Source of the DNA: Balanoglossus misakiensis
Taxonomy: Eukaryota; Animalia; Hemichordata
DNA: 64,000 nucleotides
Direction: 5' to 3'
Assembly: GCA_040954595.2 (NCBI GenBank)
Contig: CM082580.2
Coordinates: forward strand, 6,145,519-6,209,518
How positions within the stretch are numbered: position 1 is the first letter of the stretch; each line of letters starts with the position of its first letter. Under the pieces are notes generated by a model that searched no databases, had not been told where the DNA came from, and saw nothing but the letters and a program-made list of their open reading frames with translations. Below, piece by piece: positions 47,080 through 59,400 of this stretch. A program made the translations under genes and the position numbers.

Positions 47080-49128
47080 ATGGCAGGATCATCGACTGGG
47101 AGCTCCTACGGACGTTGTTACTGGTTTCGTGGACCGTTTACAACGGGCCAGAAGTTATCACACCCCAGCAATGCAGCCAAACACGAGGAAGACAGCAGCG
47201 TGTCCGCAGTTCTCTTCGCGTGTGCCCTGGTGTGCCTAGGGGTTGTTGCACACCTGTGTCGATATATGTCGTCCAGATATGAGCGCTTGTATTCACCGTT
47301 CGTCCTTCAAGTGCTGCGATCCATATTACTTATTCTATGCATCGGGCTAATGCTTTGGTTCTTTAGAAGGAGACGGCAATGGGAAGAACGCGGTTACATC
47401 GTACAGACCTCAGACCCAACTGAAAGTGAGACACATGAACTTGGCGGGACAGACAAACCCAGTCGAGACCACAAAGCTGATTTGCATATATCTACAAAGG
47501 CCATAGTTGTGTTTGGAACAGGGCGTATGGTTCTGGACATGGTGTATTTGGTGCGCACAGGTAACTGTCTGGATGTGACCGTCACACCTGCAGAAGATTT
47601 TCTGAATTTCTTCTATCACATTATCTACGTAGTGTTCACCTTCACCCAAGTTGGCTTTCTATCCCACTTTGTACGGGTTACCTTCAAGAACTGCGGCTAC
47701 TTTCGGTACACTATATTTTATATGTTTGCAGTCAACATCTGTCTCTGGTTTGCATCGCACATCTATGGGATAAGAAATTTGCTACGGCCACCTTTGGGAC
47801 CTGACGGCAACTATACCAATTTGAACTTGCCAGTCGATGGATCTTCTTCCACAGCTCACCTGTTGCAGTGTGTTTACCGCACAACTTCGGTGCACCATGT
47901 CATACAGGACATCGAGCCCTACTTCTACGCTTTCAGTTTAGAATACACCCTACTGGCGGCGGGTATGTTTTATCATATTTGGTCTGGAATGAAGGATGTG
48001 CAACTGGCGCAAAGGGCAGAGGGCAGACCAAAACGAGCAAGTTGTTCCATTCTAAACCGCCTGCGTTCAGTGCGCACGTTTCTGCAAAAAATAAACGATA
48101 GAAGAGAAAGAGATCCACTCGTTGTGAACGAAGAGACGGATGACTCGAATCCCGCTCCAAACGACACCCCGAGTGCAACAAACCATCGAATGTCACGTGA
48201 CCAAACCCAAGTAAACGATGCCGATTTCATCGAGGAGATTAACCCGCCAAAAGAACAGGAACGCGATGAGCCGCGGCCAACGACATTATCACGTGGATCA
48301 GGTGACAAGTTTATCGAAACAGACTCAACTGCATCTCCGAAAAACCCCGCTGACGGCAAAGTCTTGAAGTCGATCAAACAATACGTACGTTTCGGAGGGG
48401 TTTGTTTCACGGTTGGCTTGGTATTCAGTACTGTCATCATAGTATTTGCATATATGTTATTCAATCCCCATCCCGAAGAACGAAGCAGACGTCTTTACGA
48501 ATTTTACACCATTCGTATTTTATTCTACGCCGCCATATGTGTTTGCTGTTGGATTGGCTTCGATGCCCTCAAAGTACACAACTGTGTCAAGATACCGTTC
48601 CGTGAAGACGCCACTTTGTTAATTATTTCCGTCAACGGGTCTTTCTTGTACATAATGTTCGGCATAACAGCGGCTATTGGCGCCTTATCCATCGGCAGAT
48701 TTCCACGCTATCCTGCCACGCTTCCGTACATCGTCATCGTCGACTGCTCCGTGAACCTGATACAGTGTTGGTTGCAAGTGACTTTTCTACTTTCGTCGTT
48801 GAGGTATTTCCCCGCTCGGGGGCAGTCGATTGCCAGACTTCAGCGCATCTATTCCTTCTTGTTCATCTGCAACTTCGGCATGTGGATTATCGACAGTTTC
48901 TTCGAGACGAAGGCGGTGAACCTGTCACCAGTTCAGAAACATTACTATGGAGACGACATTTGGCACATCATAACTGACTTGACCTATCCTTTCGGCATAT
49001 TCTTCCGGTTTCATTCCTTTGTCCTGGCGTATTCTGTATTCGCACGATTTATGCACTGGCACTCATCTGCAGATACGTCCAGGCTTCACTCGACCCCAGC
49101 ATCCAACTCAGAATCGATCGTTGTATGA
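47080..49128 (+). CDS. OTOP: Otopetrin-family proton channel, 682 aa, single coding exon
   Basis: It is a multi-pass membrane protein in two hydrophobic halves. Family-like motifs include FTFTQVGFL, AVNICLWF, YFYAFSLEYTLLAA (cf. YPFNIEYSL), QCWLQVTFL, FLFICNFGMWI and PFGIFFRFHS (cf. PFGIFYRMH). Confidence 0.9.
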   Translation: MAGSSTGSSYGRCYWFRGPFTTGQKLSHPSNAAKHEEDSSVSAVLFACALVCLGVVAHLCRYMSSRYERLYSPFVLQVLRSILLILCIGLMLWFFRRRRQWEERGYIVQTSDPTESETHELGGTDKPSRDHKADLHISTKAIVVFGTGRMVLDMVYLVRTGNCLDVTVTPAEDFLNFFYHIIYVVFTFTQVGFLSHFVRVTFKNCGYFRYTIFYMFAVNICLWFASHIYGIRNLLRPPLGPDGNYTNLNLPVDGSSSTAHLLQCVYRTTSVHHVIQDIEPYFYAFSLEYTLLAAGMFYHIWSGMKDVQLAQRAEGRPKRASCSILNRLRSVRTFLQKINDRRERDPLVVNEETDDSNPAPNDTPSATNHRMSRDQTQVNDADFIEEINPPKEQERDEPRPTTLSRGSGDKFIETDSTASPKNPADGKVLKSIKQYVRFGGVCFTVGLVFSTVIIVFAYMLFNPHPEERSRRLYEFYTIRILFYAAICVCCWIGFDALKVHNCVKIPFREDATLLIISVNGSFLYIMFGITAAIGALSIGRFPRYPATLPYIVIVDCSVNLIQCWLQVTFLLSSLRYFPARGQSIARLQRIYSFLFICNFGMWIIDSFFETKAVNLSPVQKHYYGDDIWHIITDLTYPFGIFFRFHSFVLAYSVFARFMHWHSSADTSRLHSTPASNSESIVV

Positions 49129-49861
49129 GAGAGTAAACTTACATATCAAACTTACATAATCAGATTATTAATCTTGCTAAAATAAACACTTTTATACAGC
49201 ATTGATCTACTCATTCTGGCGTATGATACAAACTTATTCGACAAAGTTTTCATCTGATTTCGATGACAGTCTAGTCAGTAAAGTTTGACTAAAACTGCCT
49301 ATAAAATACGACTTGATTTGGTAAGCTTTGCATATTATTGAGACATTTTACAAAGTATTTTATATCATATGTAAACGTACTCGGAAATATTTAGTAATGC
49401 ACCAGCATTAGACAGGAACACCTTATTTGTCTTGATACAACGCTGCGTATAACAGACTGATATGTCGTGTTTATAAATAGAAACAAACAAATACAGCAGC
49501 GAAGCTAACCGAAGTTTATCATCGATTGAGGGTACTAGGTTCGCTTTGAAAATCTTTCTCATATCGTCACACATTTTCATGAAAGATTAAAATACCTTTT
49601 CTATTTTTGCTCTTTTCCGTATTCTAAAACAGTGTCATATATTTGAATTATCAAAATTAAAAAAACTACACGCAACTAGATTTTGGGTCGGTGATTGTGA
49701 ATAAAAGTACGTGCAGTGTACGTTGTCTCTTATCAATGGAAACACACTTCACACGTTTCCTGGTACTTTACAGGAGAATTAATTTTAATGACAATGGTGT
49801 ATATTTGCATAATATTAGAGTAATTCTCACATATCTGCTTCTTAATTTACTGGTGCAACAC

Positions 49862-49885
49862 CTCACTCAACCGTAGTAAGAGTTT
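49862..49885 (+). promoter_or_regulatory. Candidate proximal sequence element (PSE) of U1
   Basis: tcaaccgtagtaagag lies at about -60 to -45, the expected PSE position, and resembles the TCACCGTNA-type consensus. Confidence 0.5.
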
Positions 49886-49926
49886 TAATGTCGTAGTACA
49901 TAGACCCACTGAACGTTTTTCAAGGC

Positions 49927-50092
49927 ATACTTACCTGGCACAGGGGTTAACCATGATCACGAACGTGGTTCCCCCAGAATGAGGCCCGCGCATTGCACTT
50001 CGCGCGGGTTGATATGTCTGCGATCACCCCAAATGTGGGTGACTCGGGTGCATAATTTATGGTAGTGGGGGACTGCGTTCGCGCTATCCCCT
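49927..50092 (+). ncRNA. RNU1: U1 spliceosomal snRNA
   Basis: It starts ATACTTACCTGG and has loop I GATCACGAA, loop II CATTGCACTT, the Sm site AATTTATGG and stem IV GGGGGACTGCGTTCGCGCTATCCCC. A 3'-box-like ttcaaaattaga lies downstream. Confidence 0.95.
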
Positions 50093-50247
50093 CATTTTCA
50101 AATTCAAAATTAGAACTAGATTAGTCGCGTGATGTTTTTTGTCTCTTAAACCTATAAGACTCGGAGATTATGAAATAATATTAATGAAGCCCATAGGCTT
50201 AGGAAGGGATGACTGTTTGGCCGCGTGTATATGCACAGATACAACCA

Positions 50248-50445
50248 TTACAGGTGTACGGTCACCTATATGCAAATAGAACTACAATCACCTAAGCAAA
50301 TGTGGTGAGATTTAGCCAATCACAGATTTTCAGTGGGTGGCACACGCGAAAAAAGAGCGCCACCGTATGTTCTTTATAACACTCAGATACGCCATTTTAG
50401 CCGTATGTGGGCATATATAGATTGGAGGTGACCATGTACCTTTAA
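50248..50445. mobile_element. Degenerate Kolobok-like MITE
   Basis: ttacaggtgtacggtcacct ... aggtgaccatgtacctttaa: imperfect TIRs, with TTAA on the right and TTAC on the left. Confidence 0.45.
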
Positions 50446-53400
50446 AGAATACGACGTTACAGCGGCACAGATTCTGCGTGCGTTAATAAGAAATTCAGGC
50501 TATCGCGCACTTTATCTTCTGAATGCATGATTGATTAAACAGTAACAAGTGAAAGCGAGATACATGCAGACATATGGACGCCACTTGCATCTCGTTTCGG
50601 TCGATTTCTTTGATCTTGTCTTTCACAATACAATTATGAATTGGTCATTGCCGTGTGTCAACGGTGGTTAGTTGAAATCTCGACTGACAAACCTTGAACC
50701 TCGCCGTGAAAGTGCAAAACGGTAATTGTGTCACGCGATACTTTAAGTCGTCAATCTAAATCTATTTGGGTTAATTTATTAATTTCAAGCAATTATTTAA
50801 TGTATCGGTCTTGCGACACCGATGAAGCTTCACAAGAATTGAGGCGGACAGTTCGGGGAAACTTTGAACATTTCTTTGTTTTCTTAGACATTCTTGCAAG
50901 CAAAGATTGTTAAGAAAACCTGCTACATGTTATTGTTCAAATTGTCGGACAAGTGTACATAGACGGTAAAAGCACAAAGTATACGTCGACGTACTATGCA
51001 CAATATCGATATCGAATATCGATAACATATCGTTTGCTAAATTCGCCTTCGAACTATTTGAGCCATAACCCTCATACGCATTTTTTGTCCAAATAAAGTC
51101 AGTTGTTAATCTAGCTCTCTGTACAATTACGATATGCTAGATTTCATTTGCGCGCTCTCGCAGTGTACATGTACACAGAAGTTGTCATGCACGGCAGAAG
51201 CTCGTGAAGACGGTTCCCGAATATGTACGGCAACTGTAAGGGTAGATTGATTAATGCATAGACTATCAATTTCAATATCAATATCGGATGTTTGATAGTG
51301 GCGCGTGGTCTATCAATCGCATCCAAGGCCATGCGCGCTAAACATACGGATACCTAATGTGACAATACCTCACAAATCATCAAAATAATTCCTTTCATAC
51401 TGGCTTTGTGTGTATGTACCTGTATATGTATGTGTACTATGTATTCTCTACTGAGGTGACCGTCGAGGTAACTCCCCTCCCCTAAGGATTACCCGGCCAT
51501 GTAACCAACCGACGGTTTCTTGTCGATTCGGTTATTTTCGGGCGGTGTCTATTAATAACCTTGTGTAGGCGACCCGTCAAAGTATCGGACCGTTTACTCC
51601 ATCAACGCCGCCGTAACCGAGGCAAGCAGTTTCATTGCGATATCGTCACATTTATCAATATTGGCACAGTGACTGATAATGGCGCGTGTCCGAATCAGTA
51701 GAAATTAACAGTGACGACACAACCGTCTCATTGCATCCCACCGGAATAGTCAAACTGAGCAGGTTTATGCGCAGCCGAGTATAAGGGAACGGCTCAATTT
51801 GTATTTAACGAGCATAAGTACTTCAATTTCAAATTACGATACCAAAGTAATAATAAAAATGCTGTTTTACTGGCAAAAATGAAGGGCGCTTCTAAATAGC
51901 TTTATTGCGTCTCCAAACTATAGGATGAATGGTAATTATTTTTTTATTTGGGCGTCGCAATCTCCTTTCAGGATCTTTCTGAGTAGTTTGGTAGACTTGA
52001 AAAACTTTAATCGATAATATCGTAAAATTAATCATCAGTTTGTTTAGACGTCGCGTCATTCAAGACATTAAAATTTGTGTGGTGGTGACTTTGAGGGAAA
52101 TGAGAATATTTGGGGTTGGCGTTAATTTTTTTTACAATCAGCTGCTAGCCCAACCTGTTTTTGCAGTAGATACATAACTTCTCACACAAAACATAATGTA
52201 TATCAAAAACTGTCGCCATAACAGCCACAACTTTATCTACGTCGTCTGGGCGGGAAAATTTCTCGATGCTATTACGCTAGTTACGCTTCCAAGCGAAAGC
52301 CGTATTTGTATATACCCTCATACCGCCAACGTCACGATCTTCGCGAGTTCTGCGCCTCGGAGTCATCATCACTGGTACACCTCTGGTAACCTAGCAACGG
52401 AATAATTTCCCCCATATTCGCGTGAACAACAAAAAAACGAAACGATGTGTTTACAGTGTCGCTTATTTCGACGTGCGTTTGATCTCGGTTTTAGCGGCTC
52501 CTAAACCGATCAAAAATACCGCCTCCAGCCCGCATGTTATTAATTTTAATATTGGCCCCGCCAGTCCGACGCCAAACGTCAACAAAAATAGTCCCTAGTT
52601 ACCCGTTGATCTGTTAATCTCGATAATGAAGCATAATGACGCGCGACAGCAGTAAGGAATGTTTCTGAAAAGTGCTTTGTACCAAAACAGATCCCCGAAG
52701 GTTTCTTTCATTCTCTCCGTTCTTCCTGTAACATGCACGAACAGAAAAAAAAAACATGTTGAACATCAAAAGAAGACAAGAAACAGCCATTCCTACAATT
52801 TTAGTCCGTTTTCAATTCGCGCACACATCCCCTCAATTACTGTGACATTTTCCTCTCAGCGAGAAAATACTCCACACAGCCTCGCCGACATCAAAGCAGA
52901 AGAAAGTTGAATATGAATGAATATACTGCAGATGTATTTACGTTCGTGCAATCTGCTACCCGTGAGGATTTGATATTTAGATTGAGTTCGTGACCTCTGA
53001 CCTCCCTTTTGTAACATCAATATTTCCATCTGTGCTTTTTCTGCTCCTAATTCCAGACTGCTGATCTCCTGACGCGACTATCTATCTAGTAAAGATCACA
53101 GCCGACGTAATTGATGCAGACAGCGAGGTTAATTTATCGATAGCGTGCACAAACGAATGTTTACCAACTTTACCTTCTCCGTGTAGAAAGAGGAGGCGGA
53201 GTACTTAACCTTTGACCTCTATCTATACGGTGGAAACAAGATGCTGCATCGGATCGCACTAATTCTCAATAAGACATAGCTTGAACATTGATCTATGAAT
53301 TGAAATATTTCATTTTTTGATATTAAAAAAAACTTTCGATGGACTTTTCCGGCCTCGGATAGACAACTTGTACAATATTTACGTATTCTCTCATCACACT

Positions 53401-56400
53401 GGCACAGTACTAAGATCTCTCAAAGCATACGTTCAAGCCGACATCGTAATCACCCACCAAAAACACTGATGACATAAAAGAACCCTCTGTTGCAGCACAA
53501 ACTAGCGTAGTATCTTGTATAGACGTGTGGTTTCCCAATCCCTTAGTGAAACCCGCCTCGTGAAAGGACACTTGCATTTAGAATGATCACGGACGGTCTA
53601 TTAGTATTAGTATACACACACGGAAATAATCAAGGAACGGGAGCGACGAATCTAGACAATCGAAAAGTGTAATCTGGCGAGTATTTCAGCAAATGGGTTC
53701 TCGCTTCCTTTTCTCGCCCCTTTTTTTTCAGGAAGCCGACACAGTACCGGGCTGAGCTGTATTTCAGTAGCAGTTAGTTTCAATCCACGGCCATATGGCT
53801 CAATTATGGCGACTTGATTTACAGAGAAGCCGTAGAATATTGCTCCGGTGTTCCGTATCCCCGCTGGCCACAGCGCAGCAAAAGCACTAAACGTGGATGT
53901 AACTAGCGCCTCGTCGGTATATGCATACCATATGGGACAAGAGCCTTTCCAAACGCGTCTGCCGTATTCCCTGCTTCGTGTACCAAGGGACCGCGTCTAT
54001 TCAATAAAACAGCAGGCTCATCATTAAAATGTAACTAGATTGTGAATTATGACAGTACCTCGTTCATCTTGCACGTGAGTCCCGACTACCAGTTATATAG
54101 TAAAATTTCTAGGTTATTCTTAAAATTAGAACATTTCCGCCTACTATAAGTTCACCTCTCAACTATCTATTACTGCATCTCTACCAATATGATGTATGGT
54201 CCATAGCTGAACATTGTGTGTCAAATGCAATTTCTTGCTCTACTCCAAACAACATGCTAATATACCCAGTACTCCACGTGTCAACATAGCTTGTTATTGT
54301 TGAATTCTAGTCCGGACTTGAATAACAATTCTTGCACAACAACCATGATAACAATGCTGACGATACACATATATGTTGTGTTGATATTAGCTAAATGATG
54401 GATATTTCACCACGTGCTTCAGGGATTTGAACAAGAAAATGCAGTAGATACACAAAACGAAAATAGCTAATGCCCCTTTAAAGTATGCGTGCTGTAGAGA
54501 GAGTTGGCCGATGTCTCGTTGTTTGTGTAAACGGTGTGATCACAAATGCTGTGTTTAGAAACCTATTATTGGCATATATTGTGACAGTTGATGTTTCGCT
54601 CACGGTGGCCGGAGTTAGACCGAAAAGGGCCTTGGAAATATAGGAAATGAATTATTCTCTTTGGGGTTCTGTTTATTGAATCTTCAAGAAGCATCGTCGT
54701 TTGTGAGAAGAATAATACCGAATGCTGACGGGAAAAAAACCCCATGTTTTGTTCTTAATTTACCAAGCTTTACCTCAAGCAAGCGAATATCGAGTCTGTA
54801 CATGGGTAAATCGCGACTTATGATGGTAAAAACCGTGCCAGACATGTTGGCTCCACGTTGGTTTTAATAATTCATATTGCAATTTCGTAGGCATAATGAC
54901 ATTAACGGCCATTAAGGTTCATTAATTGGGAGTAATTAGCTCGGCAGATGAACACGGCGGACTTTAGACTTTCACCGTTAATTGCCGGCAGAGATGTAGC
55001 GAACTACAAAGGAGGGGCCGGAACTGGAACCCGCACATCTTATAAGTGATTCGTTCCCTTATTCATTCAGACGGCGGCAAAATCGCGTTTTGCATTCCCC
55101 CCCCCCCTCACCCATCGCTCGACGCGAAACAATGGCAAGATCGCCGACTAAATATTGTTGCGCAGGTGTAAGAGCGGAGCGGCAGAGATAACATTAAGAC
55201 TCCGACCCTCCGTGGGGACCGGGTCCCCACTTTCAGGGTACGGCTCTTTGCCTTCCGTGACCGGTGGCAAAATCTCTCAATTTTCCCGTCGGACAACCTC
55301 AGACAGTGGGGCTATTGTCTGGGGCACGTGGGACAGACTTCCCGCAGACAATGGCCTGTGTCACCCTGGATAACTCCTTTCTAAAGAATTAACATTTGTA
55401 ACAATGAACAAGAAAATAGGCTTGGGTGTCACCGAGCAATATGTATATTTATAACTTCCCGTACGAAATTTGGCTTGTAGATACAGGTCCATTTTGTTAT
55501 ATGCTGAATAATGGATTCTAAAAATACGAAATCCGCTCTGAAATGAAACGAGCGCGAGTCCTTTTGCTCTGGTACCGATATTAGATTCACTATTTCCTTT
55601 CGCAAGAGGATAACACATTACTTTTAATTTTACATTTAAACATATCAGCGATATCACTAGCTGCCCGGAAAGAAACGTGTAAGGCAGAGATAGAAAATAA
55701 AAAAAAGATCCCACGCCACATGACTCGTGTCATTATTCTATACCGAACTTATATAATGCGCATTAACCATTGAATATATTTCGGCATCGCATATGCGGCA
55801 TGTGTCGGTTCCCCCGGAAAACGTGAAAAACATGCCATCCATGTTTGGAATAGATAGACATCAGGAGACGCGTGGATCGATTCTTGCCAGACTCATCGAA
55901 CAGTAATCCGTTCCATCGGAGGCAATAAAATCCCATAAATTCGATCCGTTGTGAGCATTTGAAAGATTCTGGTCAAGAGAGTAGGGAGAGGCGAGCCTCA
56001 GCAACCACGAGGTACTTATACCTGCAAGTATTTGATAGGGATGGTAGCTACCGATTTGTTCGTCTCGAAACGCCGGACTTTTTACGTTCCCTTGACGACC
56101 GAATACGTGTTGAGATGTAACTTTTAGCATCGTCTTCAAACTTGTGTCATTATATTAACAACCTTTAATGACTTCGTGGCTTTCCGTCGCACGTGGAAGG
56201 TGCAAGAATTTCAAAGTTGCCATTCGAGAATTTGAAGTTGGTGAGACGCATTTGTAGTGCAGTGATAATGTGTTAAATACATGTAGTGGTCAGATGGTGC
56301 AAAGAAGATTCAGATCGACACTAGAATTTGCATTCAACGATGTTTTCCAAAGTTTACCCCTACCTTTTGGTGAAATTGTTAACAGTATTCGAATTCAAAG

Positions 56401-59400
56401 CGGTATCGCCAAATATAGGCTACAGGTATTGCGCCGAAATCTTTAAAGGATGCGTGTGTGATTGTGTTCCTATGTGTAAACGATTTTTAAACCAGGTGCG
56501 AGACTGTAAAACGTGGACGCCCGGTCAAGATGGAGATCAAAGACGTCGTGTTGGAGATCGTAATATACGCTCACTTCTGACCCATCACTGCTGTCAACTC
56601 GTCCGCCTGGGCTTGGCGTCAACAGGGCGAATTCAACGATCCAGACTCGTGAGCAGCTTTTTTTCTCTGCTACACGCTCGTCATTTTTCAAGGAAAGCAG
56701 CCCGCTGAGAGTCCATTGATTTCAGAACAACAAAATTCGAATTGTCGTCTGGCCCCGAGGACAAATAGAAAATTGATTGAAATGTTGAGGGTTGCAGCGT
56801 AGATGACATACACGAGTTAGCCTCGGGTCATGAATCCATTTCGGATTCATCGCGCTTTCCCTTCTCTTTTATAGCGCGCGCACGCGGCATAGGAGCCATG
56901 AAGTCGCACTTACTCTGCGCCGTCAAGTAATTTTCCATCGTGTTTGAATTGTGCTTTAAAAATACCGGTGTAGCCGGCGGGAGAATTCGGGAGATGCGTG
57001 TACGCGGCTTTTGATGTTTACTTGTAATTCTTACAATATTGAACAAGAACGACTGGGTCGACTGATTAAGCTGGCCCCCCAAAATAGCTTCCGAAATATT
57101 AGTTTTCCAAATAGAGAGAGAGATGAGGAATTTCATTGCTTTCGTCGTTTTTTTCTCTCTCTGATATTTCACCAACAATTATTCGCCTTTCATCAATCAA
57201 GGATTCCAGAGATCAATTACAGAAATGTTGGATTTTGCCCCAAAAGCACATTAATGGCAGTTTGTAATCTTTGATGTGACTTCTCTTTTACAACATTTAC
57301 CTCAGTCTATTTTCCCGTGCGCCTTGGCGATGAGTTCTTCAATTTGCGCACATCTGCCAGCGATGTAATGCGCGTGACATACGTACATGATGACATACTT
57401 GCACACACACACACGATTTCTTGGGGGTAATTATATGTACATGTACTGTGACGCATGCGTATGCCCTGGTTACTGGTGGCTTCTGGGAAGAACATCTATC
57501 AACCAACGACAGATCATTAAGACATATTTTGGGGATGGATTGAAACAACATTAAACTGATCTTTCCAAGACACCCCCGAAGTTAAAAACATCGCGAACGG
57601 GAAATTGATCGATTCCTGTTTCTCTTTGCTGAGCCTCAGTAGGTTAGGTACACAACTATAAACCAGTCATCACGTTGCTCAAACACATGTGCCCGAGCTC
57701 AGTGAGAATTAGAGTAAGCTCGCCCACGAGCTGTCACATGACCTGGGATCAACGGATAAGGGAGCATTCGATTTCAAGACTCGTGTGAGCGAGAAATTCT
57801 TGCTGCGAGACAAAACAGATCTGCCACCACCCACTGAAAAAACAACAACCCCTAAAACAAACGTACATGATGTAGTCAAGCCTTGTTTTGTCGTCTACAG
57901 CTACATGTGTCAGTTTTACAAAAACATTAATGTTACTCTGTTGTTCCAAGTAGTCTCACCGTACTTCTCTGCTTACTTCAGAAGTTGACCACCTACACTG
58001 AACCCAATTTGATAAAAATAATTAGTTCTGGCGAAATTATGTGAGCGCAATACTAGTTTTGCAAAGAATCATAACGAAAAGTAGCTTATAAATTCTTGAT
58101 TAAATTGCGAACCGATAATGAGAAACAGTAAAATCCCTTCGTCACTTGTTTTTTCATTTTTTGAGAGAGCTCCATGTAGCTTCATTACATATTGATGGAA
58201 ACAGAGCTTAGCCTATATAAGTAGGTTTTAGGTGATCGGGATATTTTAGAAAAAAAAAATTCAACTAAAGATTTATGTCATGTACACACTGACCCAATAA
58301 AGAAAATTAATTAAGTCAGTCAGTCTGTCTCTCTCTCTCTCTGGCTAGTCACATAATTTAACTCAAGAAACAATGGTATGGCAAATTATGAAAACGACAG
58401 CGTTTATATAAAGTTGGAAGTTTTCGTCTTATTCTATATGAATACAATGACTGCAGGTGATCATACGTTTAATGCAATGCTAGAACGGCCATTTTGATCA
58501 TTCTTAAACACTGCGTATACATGTATATTGACCCGGCCCCAAAAATATTCTTTTTCCCACAACCGGCCATAAACTTCGAAGTTAAACGTTCCGTGAATAT
58601 GTAGCTATGTAGTGCCAACAGCTTTGATAAGTTGTTATTGAAATCAAGGTGCCGTGTTTTTCATTTTACCTCTAACAGAATCGTTCAAAGGCCACTGTGC
58701 CTCACTCGAATTAGCGAGGTTGTTAAAACTAGTCGGGCGACAACTATCGATCCGTTCCACGTGCGAGCGGTACCTCCGAATGCATGGTTACTGCTTGGTT
58801 TCTGTCGTCAGCGTGGTAGACAAATTCCCAGAAATAAAATAAACCCTCGGGATGGTGAATCGATGGCCACCAAGACTCCATCGACTAACTTCTGTTTATG
58901 TATCGAGCGACAGAGAAGTTTTCCGTTCGCTTTCCAGGGCACTACCAAATGTTTCTGTCCACCGTGACGTGATGCCTGTCGAAGGATTTAAAATACTATA
59001 GTACAGTCATATCAACCGCGGGATATATGTGCTCGCTAACATATATTAGTCGTGGGCTTGCCAGGCCGCAGAACATTGTCTTTTTTTAAAACTTCACCTC
59101 AGTTAAAGAACAAAAGATGCCCCTTATATGTCATGGTATGATTGCAACACGTTTCATAAGTTCATCCCAACATATCCAGATTAGCCCACTACCGAAATTA
59201 ATACGATTCAAATTTGCCAACTTTCAAACGTGTAAATTCAAGTAATTCAGTGGTGGGTTGCATGATACTGTGAAAACTCGTTCGAAGAAGAAATAAAGCC
59301 CGGCGAAGGGAGAGATTTTGTCAATGCAGTTTTCGGCCAAAACTGTTTCATACGATCGAATTTAGACGTCTGAGACATTTGACGAAGGTATTTTATCGGC

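Noticed and set aside
38428-50092. 5S-U1 linked repeat unit
   Set aside because: The two genes are 11 kb apart, each is single-copy here, and they are separated by a protein-coding gene.
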